Shown piece by piece: positions 1-10,045 of a DNA stretch of 64,000 nucleotides (position 1 is its first letter; every line of letters starts with the position of its first letter). The notes beneath the pieces are model-generated. The model was not told where the DNA came from. It was given only the letters and a program-made list of their open reading frames with translations, and ran no database searches. The stretch is from Thainema sp. GTDB lineage: Bacteria > Cyanobacteriota > Cyanobacteriia > Phormidesmidales > Phormidesmidaceae. Position numbers and translations under genes: made by a program. The DNA lies in the NCBI GenBank assembly GCA_052168235.1, contig JBQLZK010000016.1:53371-117370 (forward strand). The letters are read 5' to 3'.

Positions 1-2066
1 TGACCTTCCGGATTGCGGATGCGCAGCTCTTTCGAAGCCGGATTACTGGGGTCAACCTGCGACAGGCTGCACTCGTAGTGGCGCTTGTTGTAGTAGAAAT
101 CAACCCGCGTCCAGAGCGACTTGCCGTTCTCGTCTATGCCGAGATCGGTCAACTCACTGGAATCCAGACCGTCTGAAGACTCGTCGGCATGAATCGTCGG
201 CAACGAGATTTGCAGCGGCTTACTGCCGTTCTTGGCTGAGCTTTTACCCTTGGTTTTCTTTACTGTAGAAGTCGCCTTCGAACCGCTGGTTGGCGCTTGC
301 GGCAACCGGACGCCGACCAGTTCCAGCTCCACCGACTGTCGGCCCTGCCATTCATTCAGCTTTAGCTTATAGGCGATATCTAACTGCGTTGGCAGCGGAC
401 AATATTCACCCCAGCGCCATGCGATCGCTTTTATTGAGACTGGCTCAGCGCCTCGCTCATTGGCCTGCGCCACGGTGACTTTCAGGTGATCGCGGCTGCG
501 GCCAATTTGCTGCTGCTCAATGATCCGCACATTCGGCGTCCAAAAAATCGGCTCGGCATTTTCGATGCCGCAGGGATGAAGCTGGTCAATTTGCTGATAC
601 AAATCCAGCGTCAAATCGGCCAAATCCGCCTGCACATCAATATTCACCAGCGGCTTCAGCAGCTCTGGCTCCAGATACTGATGGGCAAACTTGATCAAGC
701 GCGATCGCACTGCCTCCAGTTGGTCAGCCGCAAAGGTAAATCCGCCCGCCGCTCGGTGGCCGCCGTACTTGGTCATCAGGTCATCGCAGAAGTTCAGCGC
801 TTCATAGACGTTGAATTCTGGAATGCCCCGTGCTGAACCGCGAATCTGGGCGGGTTCACCCTCCTCGCCATCTTCAAACGTGCTGATGAACACGGGTACG
901 CCATAGCGCTCCACTAATCGCGAGGCGACGATACCGATCACGCCATGATGCCAGCCTTCGTGAACCAGCAGCAGCACCCGATTTTGCTTAATTTGATCTC
1001 TGGCCGCTTCGCAAAGTGCGATCGCATCTTGCTCAATTTGTTCGCAAAGGATCTGACGCTGGCGGTTAATCTGTTCACACTGCATGGCCCGCTCTAGCGC
1101 CACCCCTTCGTCATCGGTAGTGAGTAGGTCGATGACCACCTGCGGATCGGCGATTCGACCAACCGCATTGATGCGGGGGCCAAGCCGAAAACCAATCGCT
1201 TCCGGCTTCAAGCTGCCCTGGGCACCACCCAGGCCAGAAACTTGAATCAGCGCTTGAATCCCCGTGATGCGCGACTTGGGCAGCAGACGCAACCCCCGCT
1301 GCACCCAGCGGCGATTCACCCCGGTCAGCGGGGCTAGATCAGCAATCGTGCCCAGCGTAAACAATTCCAGTAGCGGCGCAGTCAGGTCTGTCGTCTTGCC
1401 CATTTCCTGTGCCAGACAGACGGCCAGGATGTAAGCGACACCCACACCCGCCACGCCCCAGTAGGGCGACTCTGGATCAATCAGCTTAGGATTCAAAACC
1501 GCATTAGCTGGAGGAATTTCCGGCGGCACATCGTGGTGATCGGTGATGATTACGTTCAGACCCAGCTCACGCGCCCGCGCAATCGGCTGGTAGGCGGCAA
1601 TGCCGTTGTCCACCGTTAGAATCAGCCGTACCCCTTCCGCGTGAAATTCCTCCACGATTCGCTCATTGATGCCGTAGCCTTCGGCCATGCGGCTGGGGAT
1701 GGCGTAATCAACATTGGCACCCAGATACCGCAGCGCTCGGAGCAGAAGGGCCGTACTGGTCATACCGTCTGCATCGTAGTCGCCGCAGATGGCAATTTTC
1801 TCCTGATTTGCGATCGCAGTTTGCAAAAGCTCTAAACTCACCACCAGATCCGGAAACTCCTCCAGCGGCGACGGCAGCAGTTGCTTATCCGGATGCAAAA
1901 ATTCATCGACCGCTTCCCGCGTGGTAAAGCCCCGATTCAGCAACACCTGAGCCAGCAGCGGCGACAACAGGGCATTTTGCCCCAGCAGATTGGCCTGAGC
2001 CAACTGAGGCGGATGAATATGCCAGCGCTGATCGGGCAGCCGCACCGTTTGCTGGGTTGAAGTCAT
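1..2066 (-). CDS. recJ: ssDNA-specific exonuclease RecJ with cyanobacterial C-terminal extension; 3' end runs off the window
   Basis: Not in the ORF track (no stop in window). Manual translation from the ATG at 2066 gives MTSTQQTVRLPDQRW... with DHH-family motifs GDYDADG, EGYG, TVDNG and ITDHH; the same frame reads ...RIRNPEG at position 1. Confidence 0.93.
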   Translation of the reverse strand, partial: MTSTQQTVRLPDQRWHIHPPQLAQANLLGQNALLSPLLAQVLLNRGFTTREAVDEFLHPDKQLLPSPLEEFPDLVVSLELLQTAIANQEKIAICGDYDADGMTSTALLLRALRYLGANVDYAIPSRMAEGYGINERIVEEFHAEGVRLILTVDNGIAAYQPIARARELGLNVIITDHHDVPPEIPPANAVLNPKLIDPESPYWGVAGVGVAYILAVCLAQEMGKTTDLTAPLLELFTLGTIADLAPLTGVNRRWVQRGLRLLPKSRITGIQALIQVSGLGGAQGSLKPEAIGFRLGPRINAVGRIADPQVVIDLLTTDDEGVALERAMQCEQINRQRQILCEQIEQDAIALCEAARDQIKQNRVLLLVHEGWHHGVIGIVASRLVERYGVPVFISTFEDGEEGEPAQIRGSARGIPEFNVYEALNFCDDLMTKYGGHRAAGGFTFAADQLEAVRSRLIKFAHQYLEPELLKPLVNIDVQADLADLTLDLYQQIDQLHPCGIENAEPIFWTPNVRIIEQQQIGRSRDHLKVTVAQANERGAEPVSIKAIAWRWGEYCPLPTQLDIAYKLKLNEWQGRQSVELELVGVRLPQAPTSGSKATSTVKKTKGKSSAKNGSKPLQISLPTIHADESSDGLDSSELTDLGIDENGKSLWTRVDFYYNKRHYECSLSQVDPSNPASKELRIRNPEG

Positions 2067-2130
2067 GTCGAGCTTGTCAATCGAACCTACCAATTGTCTG
2101 ATCCGCTGTGTGATCCGTTGTGTGATTTGT

Positions 2131-2234
2131 TAAGTAGCTGCACATGAGTAAATGCATATCTGAAAAACCGGGGGAGCGCCCCGGAGGGGCGCTCCCCCGG
2201 TTTTTAAATGCGTTTATTTATGCCAACCTACTTA
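2131..2234. mobile_element. MITE-like hairpin element, TAAGTAG family, copy 1
   Basis: Ends TAAGTAGCTGCA...TGCCAACCTACTTA; central hairpin AAAAACCGGGGGAGCGCCCC/GGGGCGCTCCCCCGGTTTTT; near-identical copy at 48328-48432. Confidence 0.8.
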
Positions 2235-2540
2235 CTGAGTAAGTTGTTATGTGCCAAACAATATCTGTAAAGTACAAAACATTACAAGCCTAAAGTACAA
2301 ACTTACTTTTATCTTCTCAGTAAAAGTTGTCCGATTGTACCGAAATCCCTGATTGCGATCGCAACTTGCAACACATGATCACGATTCCACCTTCTCTATC
2401 CATCTAAAGACGTATCAAAGTTTTAAAACCTGGTTGCAGTTTGAAAGTCTCAGATTATTGTGGGACTGCGGATCTGAATTTTGCAACAACTTAGCGGACT
2501 TGGGATCAGCGCAATCTAACCTCAAAAACGATAGGTTTTT

Positions 2541-3953
2541 ATGCTAAACGCCCTTTCCTTTATTGGCATTTTTGGCCTTTGCTTTGTGGCTTGGCTAGGG
2601 TCAGAAGATCGACGTGTCGTCCCCTGGCGGATGATTGCCTGGGGAGTAGGGCTACAGCTTGTGATTGGCGCGTTAGTCTTTCGCATTCCCGGCTCACGAG
2701 ACATTGTGCTGTATCTGAATGATCTGCTGAATGCAGTCATTGATGCATCGGAGGCCGGATCGCGATTTCTGTTTTCTGATCTGTTTGTCCCCGTACCCGG
2801 TAATGCGCCGGGGCCAGTTTTGGCCGGGCGCTGGATTGCGCGTGCCATTACGCCTGCCTACGTCCCCGTGCCTGGCGATCGGCTCGGAGCCGCAAATTTG
2901 AATATGGGCTACATTGTGGCCTTTCGGCTCCTGCCCCAAATTATCTTTTTCTCGGCAGTGATTAGCTTGCTGTATCGGCTACACATCATTCAGCCGATTG
3001 TGCGGGTGTTTGCCAAGCTGTTTCGCGGCACACTGAGGATTAGCGGGGCTGAATCGATGGCGGGTGCCGCCAATATTTTTGTCGGGATTGAATCTGCGAT
3101 CGCAATTAAGCCCTTCTTGGCTGATATGACCCGCAGTGAACTGTGTGCGATCCTCACCTCCTGCTTTGGCTCGATTGCCTCTACCGTATTGGCGCTCTAC
3201 GCTGGTTTTTTGCGACCGACATTTCCAGCCATCACCGGACACTTGATGTCGGCATCGATTTTGACCATTCCGGCCTGCTTTGTAATCTCCAAAATTCTCG
3301 TTCCCGAAAAGGATTTGCCCAAAACGCTGGGCAGTATTCCTGAAGAAATTGATGACGAAGTTGATCGGCCCAGCCCAATGGATAGTCTGATTCTGGGCGC
3401 ATTGGACGGCGTCAAGATGGCGGTGGGCATTGCCGCTGTGCTGATTGCAATTTTGGGTTTGGTGGCACTCGTCAACATGCTGTTTGATAGCTTGGCCAAC
3501 TTATCAAGTAGCCCCGTTGGTGTCTTTCAAGCCATTGGCCAATTCTTCAGCCTCATTACAATTGAAAATATTCTCGGTGCAATTTTCTTACCGCTGACGT
3601 TCCTGACGGGCGTCTCGCTGGAGTGGCAAGAGCTTTGGACGTCCTCTGTTTTGATTGGACAGCGATTGTTACTCACGGCGATCCCGCCATATCAACGGCT
3701 GGCTGAGCTATCAGCGGCTGATGCAATTAGCGATCGCGCTATGCTCGTCGTCAGCTACGTGCTCTGTGGATTCGCTCACATTGCCTCGGTGGGCATCTTT
3801 GCTGGCGGCTTAGCGGGTCTGGTTCCCTCTCGCCGCAAGGACATTAGCCAGATTGTCTGGAAAGCACTGTGGGCTGGTACACTAGCCACCTTAATGACAG
3901 GCTGCATTGCGGGTATCTACTTCTACGAAGGTGCAGCAGTCCTCGGACAATAA
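2541..3953 (+). CDS. Concentrative nucleoside transporter (CNT, NupC family)
   Basis: Multi-TM protein with motifs LPQIIFFSA, GAESMAGAANIFVG and LCGFAHIASVGI. Confidence 0.88.
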   Translation: MLNALSFIGIFGLCFVAWLGSEDRRVVPWRMIAWGVGLQLVIGALVFRIPGSRDIVLYLNDLLNAVIDASEAGSRFLFSDLFVPVPGNAPGPVLAGRWIARAITPAYVPVPGDRLGAANLNMGYIVAFRLLPQIIFFSAVISLLYRLHIIQPIVRVFAKLFRGTLRISGAESMAGAANIFVGIESAIAIKPFLADMTRSELCAILTSCFGSIASTVLALYAGFLRPTFPAITGHLMSASILTIPACFVISKILVPEKDLPKTLGSIPEEIDDEVDRPSPMDSLILGALDGVKMAVGIAAVLIAILGLVALVNMLFDSLANLSSSPVGVFQAIGQFFSLITIENILGAIFLPLTFLTGVSLEWQELWTSSVLIGQRLLLTAIPPYQRLAELSAADAISDRAMLVVSYVLCGFAHIASVGIFAGGLAGLVPSRRKDISQIVWKALWAGTLATLMTGCIAGIYFYEGAAVLGQ

Positions 3954-3967
3954 TTATGAATTGCTGC

Positions 3968-4010
3968 AAAGAATGGGGCGGGTAGCCGAAGCTACCCACC
4001 CCATTCTTTT
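3968..4010. terminator. Probable bidirectional intrinsic terminator between convergent genes
   Basis: AAAGAATGGGGCGGGTAGC-CGAA-GCTACCCACCCCATTCTTTT; 19-bp arms with one mismatch. Confidence 0.65.
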
Positions 4011-4106
4011 GATCTAAATATGATGGAGCATCTGCGGATGCAAACGTTTCAAAAAATAATTGTGTTCTTATACGTAGACTGGGATCAACCAGTGTGTACT
4101 ACGTTC

Positions 4107-5648
4107 CTAGCGGCGGACTGAACTGGGCGAGTAAGCATTACCTGCCATATTCGAACCACTGTTCAACGCAGCCGTTACCTGCGCTCTCGACATGCCAGCT
4201 TGGATCATTGGGCTGTAGAGTAGCTGAATCACTTTGCGGTCAAGCGCTGTATAAGCCGTCGTATCCGTCCAGCCCTGGTAGAAAATGCTGTCTGGATAGC
4301 GATAGGAGTCTTGCAAGAGGCCCATTGCCTGGGTCAATTCTTCGCGAATTAAGTGCGATCGCTCTTGCTGATTGACTCCCGTTGTTGAAATCAAAATACT
4401 GGCACTGGAAATCCGGTAGTTATTCCAGCGCACCCAGGCGTAGCCCATGTTCACAGGACGATAGTTCGGTTCATAGCGGCTGAACTGCTGCTCTGGCACA
4501 AAATACATTTCGACATTGGGATTTTGATCCACGATTTGCATCCGGATGCTTAAGTTCATGCCGTTGATTTCATCAACGATGCTGCGCAGCGTTTGCAGAT
4601 CGGCAGCCGTTGGGTTGCCGTTGACTCGAATTCGAATGTCTGATTCCCACTTACGAACCACTTCGGCACTGTTATTAAACTCAGCCTCCATTGCAATTTC
4701 CAAAAAATAATCAATCACAGATGCGTCATAGGTAGGCATCACAGGAGACTCCATCCTCGGAGTTGGTCGCACAAACGCGGTTTCTGTTTCTGTAACGCGA
4801 GATGGGGACACAGCCGATGGCGCTACTGTGGATACAGTCGTTGTTAGCTCTGACCCTACCCGTTCAGTTGCCTCGGTGGTGACGCGCATCGTACCTGCAC
4901 GGGGGAAAGATTGGGATGGACGGCTTAAAAGTGCAGCCCCTGGATTAGATTGGTTCCTATAGACTGATTGATTAAAGGTGGTGGGCTGGGAGGCTGTTGG
5001 TTGATAGATAGACTGACTAGAGGCTGACGGCTGATAGGTAGGTTGGCGGAGGCCTGATTGATTACCCAATTGACGATAAATGGATTGATTTTGATAGCTC
5101 GCCTGATTCTGATAAACAGGAGCTTGATTAACTTGATTTAAGTAGGTCGAATTTTGATCAGTCAGTTGGCCATAGTTTGCCTGACCATAGCCTAGCTGCT
5201 CGTAACCGGACTGACTATAACCTTGTGTATAACCGGATTGACTATAAGCAGACTGGCGGGCAGTCGCTGGATTTTGATAAACCGATTGACCGTAGCCTGA
5301 CTGATTTTGATCAGTAAAATTTTGATAGCTGGAATTTTGATCAACCGACTGAGATGAAAACTCGCGTAGGCGTTCCCCGCGTTGATATACCGCTGAGTTA
5401 TAGACCGTTGCCGGGCGTTGCCCTGTAGCGGATGGGTTGCTCTGATAATTAGCTCCGGCAGAGCGGTTGACGGGATTCTGGAAAATAATTTCTCCCCGGT
5501 TCTGGAAAAACTGACCGTTAGCGGCAGTTTGGGCGACTGATGGTAAGGCTCCAGCCAATGTTAGGAACGTAGATGATAGTCCAAGTGCGATCGCATAGGT
5601 TCGGGTCATCTGTGGGTTGGTCAATATATTCCGGCAAAACTGTCTCAC
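4107..5648 (-). CDS. Secreted protein: Q/S/Y/N/G low-complexity region plus C-terminal DUF2927-like domain
   Basis: Signal-like segment ending PSVA-Q; C-terminal YFLEIA..VRKW..HLIREELTQAMGL..SIFY. Start may be the ATG at 5609. Confidence 0.75.
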   Translation of the reverse strand: MRQFCRNILTNPQMTRTYAIALGLSSTFLTLAGALPSVAQTAANGQFFQNRGEIIFQNPVNRSAGANYQSNPSATGQRPATVYNSAVYQRGERLREFSSQSVDQNSSYQNFTDQNQSGYGQSVYQNPATARQSAYSQSGYTQGYSQSGYEQLGYGQANYGQLTDQNSTYLNQVNQAPVYQNQASYQNQSIYRQLGNQSGLRQPTYQPSASSQSIYQPTASQPTTFNQSVYRNQSNPGAALLSRPSQSFPRAGTMRVTTEATERVGSELTTTVSTVAPSAVSPSRVTETETAFVRPTPRMESPVMPTYDASVIDYFLEIAMEAEFNNSAEVVRKWESDIRIRVNGNPTAADLQTLRSIVDEINGMNLSIRMQIVDQNPNVEMYFVPEQQFSRYEPNYRPVNMGYAWVRWNNYRISSASILISTTGVNQQERSHLIREELTQAMGLLQDSYRYPDSIFYQGWTDTTAYTALDRKVIQLLYSPMIQAGMSRAQVTAALNSGSNMAGNAYSPSSVRR

Positions 5649-6425
5649 ACGGCCCCCTTCTGATTCTGGATATGATTCTGAACAACATGGTTGATTTCAA
5701 CAGATGCCCCGTTGCAGTGAGTGACGTGAAAACGGGGAATGTTGTGTCCAAATTTTTCACAGGTGGAGGAGCGCAACTATATCGATGCGTGAGACTTCTG
5801 CAATTGGTCAGGATTTGAACCTGTTTTACAAAGTATGACGTTGGCCGAAATGGTCGGTAAATCAGGTGTTTCCCTACGGTGATCCGTAATTTCCCTAGGC
5901 CGATGTATTGTTAGGGAATTTAGGGGCAATTCTGTTTGTGGCACACAGGTTGGAACAGGCTGGGTACGTTTATCTTTGGCTGGTATCACCCACCTTGGTA
6001 CATAAAGCCTTGGTACATCAAGATGCTCAGCAAAGCGAACAGGATTAGCCGCTGTAGACTCTCATGTCGCCATTAATCGCTGATCAATCGCTACTCTGCC
6101 GCACGGTATCTGGATAAGTGGCCACTTTTTTTGCCCAGATTCCAATATTCCAGTTGGTGTAACGGGATACTTTGCGGGAACATCAAGCTGCTAGTGTGAG
6201 TAGCCAGATCGTTAAGATTCGTCAGGTAATGATTGACAGATGAATCCAAACTGCGATCGCAGTTCTACACTATGTACCACTATGTAGCGATGCAAACTGT
6301 AAGGAGTTGCAGTGGCTTTGCAAACTATAAAGATGTGAATTACTGCCAAATTGAGGGATTTCGATCTCACCCATCTGGCATGATTATGAGGACACGCTCA
6401 GACTAACGCAACCTGTTTACTTATC

Positions 6426-8237
6426 ATGGCTATCATTGTCCAAAAATTTGGAGGCACCTCCGTCGGTACCGTCGAACGTATTCAAGCCGTAGCACAGCGC
6501 GTCAAACGCACCGCTGACGCAGGCAACACCGTTGTCGTCGTCGTCTCGGCAATGGGTAAAACAACCGATGGCCTCGTTAAACTCGCTAACGATATCTCTG
6601 CAAATCCCAGTCGGCGAGAAATGGACATGCTGCTCTCCACCGGCGAGCAGGTTTCAATCGCGCTACTCAGCATGGCGCTACAGGAAATCGGCCAGCCAGC
6701 CATTTCGATGACGGGTGCTCAGGTGGGAATTGTCACCGAAGCTGAACATACCCGTGCCCGCATTTTGAAGATTGAAACCGAGCGGCTCACCCAGCATCTC
6801 AATGAGGGCAAAGTAGTTGTGGTAGCCGGATTCCAGGGAATCAGCAACACGCCCAATTTGGAAATCACCACGCTGGGTCGCGGCGGTTCCGACACCTCAG
6901 CTGTGGCACTGGCGGCGGCACTCCAGGCCGACTGTTGTGAAATTTATACCGATGTGCCGGGCATTCTCACCACTGATCCGCGCATTGTGCCAGAAGCACA
7001 GTTGATGACTGAAATCACCTGCGATGAAATGCTAGAGCTGGCTAGCTTGGGTGCCAAGGTGCTACACCCTCGCGCAGTGGAAATTGCTCGCAACTATGGG
7101 GTTGATTTGGTCGTTCGTTCAAGCTGGAGCGATGATCCGGGAACACGGGTGGTTTCGCCCGTGCCGCAACCGCGTCCCCTAGAGGGCTTGGAGATTACTC
7201 ATCCAGTTGATGGCGTAGAGTTTGATACCGATCAGGCGAAGGTGGCGCTGCTCCGCATTCCTGACCGACCGGGGGTGGCAGCGCAGCTCTTTGGTGAAAT
7301 TGCCCAGCAGGATTTAGACGTTGACCTAATTATTCAGTCGATTCATGAAGGCAACACCAACGACATCGCGTTTACAGTCATACGCAACAACTTGAATCGG
7401 GCGGAAGCGGTGGCAGCTGCGATCGCACCTGTTCTGCGCAACTCCACTGATCCGACAAGTGCAGAAGCGGAGGTCATGGTCGATCGGCAAATGGCCAAAG
7501 TCAGCATCGCGGGGGCAGGCATGATTGGTCGTCCCGGTGTGGCAGCGCAGATGTTCATCACTCTGGCAGAAGCGGGCGTTAATATTCAGATGATTTCCAC
7601 CTCAGAAGTGAAGGTAAGCTGTGCGATTGATGTAGCCGATTGCGATCGCGCAATTGCCGCTCTCTGCCAAACCTTTGATGTCAAAAGCTCGTCAATGACG
7701 CCGCCGATTGCTCAGTCCACTACTCAGCATCCACCTGTACGAGGAGCTGCACTGGATCTCAAGCAGGCCCGTCTTGCCATCCGGCATGTACCGGATCAAC
7801 CCGGTATGGCAGCCCGCATCTTTAAACTGCTGGCCGATCGCAACATCAGCGTTGACATGATTATTCAGTCGCAGCGCTGCCGACTAGTGAATGGTATTGC
7901 CACCCGCGATATTGCCTGCACTGTAGCCCAGACCGATGCCGAAGAAGCACGTATGGTACTGGCCGATATGGCTGCGGAAATGGGCTATGCCGACGTTACT
8001 GTCGATGCCGAAATTGCCAAGGTGAGTATCGTCGGCATTGGCATGGTGGGCCAACCAGGGGTGGCCGCAAAAATGTTCCGCGCCCTCGCTGCCGAGCAAA
8101 TCAACATCCAAATGATTGCCACATCGGAAATTAAGATTAGCTGCGTCGTCAGCGAAATGGACGGAGCCAAAGCACTGAAAGCGATTCACGATGTCTTTGG
8201 CCTGTCGGGGAAAACACAAGTTCAAGTACCGGCATAA
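6426..8237 (+). CDS. lysC: Aspartate kinase, cyanobacterial type with four ACT domains
   Basis: VQKFGGTSV, TTLGRGGSDTSA, IYTDVPG; duplicated ACT pairs (VDLIIQS/VDMIIQS, IQMISTSEVK/IQMIATSEIK). Confidence 0.97.
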   Translation: MAIIVQKFGGTSVGTVERIQAVAQRVKRTADAGNTVVVVVSAMGKTTDGLVKLANDISANPSRREMDMLLSTGEQVSIALLSMALQEIGQPAISMTGAQVGIVTEAEHTRARILKIETERLTQHLNEGKVVVVAGFQGISNTPNLEITTLGRGGSDTSAVALAAALQADCCEIYTDVPGILTTDPRIVPEAQLMTEITCDEMLELASLGAKVLHPRAVEIARNYGVDLVVRSSWSDDPGTRVVSPVPQPRPLEGLEITHPVDGVEFDTDQAKVALLRIPDRPGVAAQLFGEIAQQDLDVDLIIQSIHEGNTNDIAFTVIRNNLNRAEAVAAAIAPVLRNSTDPTSAEAEVMVDRQMAKVSIAGAGMIGRPGVAAQMFITLAEAGVNIQMISTSEVKVSCAIDVADCDRAIAALCQTFDVKSSSMTPPIAQSTTQHPPVRGAALDLKQARLAIRHVPDQPGMAARIFKLLADRNISVDMIIQSQRCRLVNGIATRDIACTVAQTDAEEARMVLADMAAEMGYADVTVDAEIAKVSIVGIGMVGQPGVAAKMFRALAAEQINIQMIATSEIKISCVVSEMDGAKALKAIHDVFGLSGKTQVQVPA

Positions 8238-8325
8238 TACGAGTGAAGGAATGATGTCTTGCCGCGTAAGCTTAACTCACGGACAAAAGCGCAGCGCATT
8301 ACCTTTTTGGCCTAACGAAGAGAAT

Positions 8326-9222
8326 TTACCAATTGCGCCAACCGCCGGACATTGTGGCGGCATCTGTCTTGTCGTCGCTACGATTCGATTTAACCGTGAG
8401 GTCTCGCCGCAGCAGTCGCTCGTAGTCTTGGGTGCTGGCCCAGCGATCGATTTCACGTGCTCGCAGTACCGGAACTGGATGCGTCAAATCACGGGTACGA
8501 ACTTGCTTCAGCATTTCGCCAATTTCGGATTTGCTGATGTCGTCGTAGGAGCGAGCCTGCTCCAAAAATGCGTCTAAATTGAGCTGAGATGATAGCGTTG
8601 GTGAACCACCCGCTAGCTTCATCAGTACCGAGGCGACGACTCTGGAATTTTGAGTGGCAAGCAGAGCCGCGCGATCGCAGGTGAACTCAGCACAGCGCAC
8701 CCACTCCAAAATACTGGCCTGTAGGTTGTCGGCTAGCAGTCCGCCCCACGGCATCGGTAACTGGCCTGCCGCCAGCGTAATTAAATTAGCTAGCGTCAAA
8801 TAAACGCTGTGGTCACACTTGAGATGGCCCAGTTCGTGGGCAATCACCGCTTGAGTCTCTTCCGGCGTCAGTAAATCAATCAGCGACGTATGCAGTACCA
8901 CAAACGGCTGCTTACCCCGCATGGCAAATGTATAGGCATTGGGAACAGGATGCTGCCGCACATACAGTTCGGGTGGCTCTAAATCAAGCGTCTTGCAGGC
9001 ATCTATCAGCAAATGATGGAGCTGAGGAAGCTGATTCTCACCAACTCGCACTCCAGAGGCTAGGTTTTCAATCTGAAAAACTTGCTCACCCACAGAACCA
9101 ATCAAGCTGCGAACCAATAAGTCTAGTCCTGGTAGCTGCTTCAGTGAATGGGTGGCTTCTAAATCGAGGGGATGACGAAAATGATCCGCTTTGAGACCCA
9201 CAAGCGTTGTCTTAGATGGCAT
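8326..9222 (-). CDS. M48 family zinc metallopeptidase
   Basis: PNAYT, AHELGH (HExxH), EFTCDRAA and THP motifs. Confidence 0.9.
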   Translation of the reverse strand: MPSKTTLVGLKADHFRHPLDLEATHSLKQLPGLDLLVRSLIGSVGEQVFQIENLASGVRVGENQLPQLHHLLIDACKTLDLEPPELYVRQHPVPNAYTFAMRGKQPFVVLHTSLIDLLTPEETQAVIAHELGHLKCDHSVYLTLANLITLAAGQLPMPWGGLLADNLQASILEWVRCAEFTCDRAALLATQNSRVVASVLMKLAGGSPTLSSQLNLDAFLEQARSYDDISKSEIGEMLKQVRTRDLTHPVPVLRAREIDRWASTQDYERLLRRDLTVKSNRSDDKTDAATMSGGWRNW

Positions 9223-9322
9223 AACGATTGCACAAAATAACGTGATAAAGCGCCGCTACGCCTAGTATAGCGATCTCCAACTGGTGCAGGTTTAGACTGC
9301 ACAGCCAAGCAAGTCAATTGAT

Positions 9323-10045
9323 TCAGCATCCTTCAAAGATAGGGGTCTGCAAGTGAGGCAAAGCAGAAGCGCTAACACCCTCGACGAGGGTGCGTCGCAG
9401 CATTGGATTATCACGATGGGAAAATCCGGCTTCACTATCGGGGTGAAAGACGACAGCCGTTAAGCCCTTGTCGCCTGTACAAAACCGATGCTCATAGTCT
9501 GCGGGAATTAAAAAAATATCCCCCGGCGCGATCGCATCACCCCCTTCTGGCGTCTCAATATACCCCTCACCACCCACCACAATGCCGATGCGGTAGCTGG
9601 GATGAGTGTGTGCAGTTTGCTCAATTTGAGGTGGCAGATACATGGCGTGCAGGCAAGGCTCTCCCAGCAGGGGCGGCGGAATCAACACGCTATTAGTGCC
9701 GCCGTTGATATAGGCCAAGCGTCCCCGCTCTTCAATTGGCCCTCCTAAACTAAACACGCCAGCATAGTCAGGGCACGTAATCACGATTCCGGCTGAGGTG
9801 GTGCCGTCGAGAACGCCCGCTGCGGGTAAGCAAAAGTACATGCCAGCTTGCAGGGGAAAAGGCGGCTGAGCCGAGCGATCGCCCCGGTGCAGTTTAGCCT
9901 CGCCTTGAAAGACATAGCCAAAATGAGTGCCCGTTGATGAAAGCTGAAGCGTTGTTTGCTGCCAGCTTCTGAGCGTGGCGGGCAAAATACCGTGGCTTAA
10001 ATCTTGACAGTGGGGACTGTGAACGGAAAAGAGCTTCAACGTCAT
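9323..10045 (-). CDS. Cupin-domain protein
   Basis: QTAHTHPSYRIG...GEG...PGDIFLIPADYEHRF cupin motifs; its start overlaps the NACHT stop codon (ATGA). Confidence 0.8.
   Translation of the reverse strand: MTLKLFSVHSPHCQDLSHGILPATLRSWQQTTLQLSSTGTHFGYVFQGEAKLHRGDRSAQPPFPLQAGMYFCLPAAGVLDGTTSAGIVITCPDYAGVFSLGGPIEERGRLAYINGGTNSVLIPPPLLGEPCLHAMYLPPQIEQTAHTHPSYRIGIVVGGEGYIETPEGGDAIAPGDIFLIPADYEHRFCTGDKGLTAVVFHPDSEAGFSHRDNPMLRRTLVEGVSASALPHLQTPIFEGC

Noticed and set aside
290..1835. Plus-strand ORFs 290-478, 486-836 and 1641-1835
   Set aside because: Antisense shadows of recJ.
2272..2285. GTA-N8-TAC NtcA-like box upstream of the nucleoside transporter
   Set aside because: Matches the short core only; candidate -10 hexamers are 18 and 24 bp away rather than about 22, and the site sits in an AT-rich direct repeat.
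5650..6425. Possible riboswitch or sRNA in the long region before lysC
   Set aside because: Only short hairpins and direct repeats (CCTTGGTACAT x2, CACTATGTA x2); no recognisable family motif.
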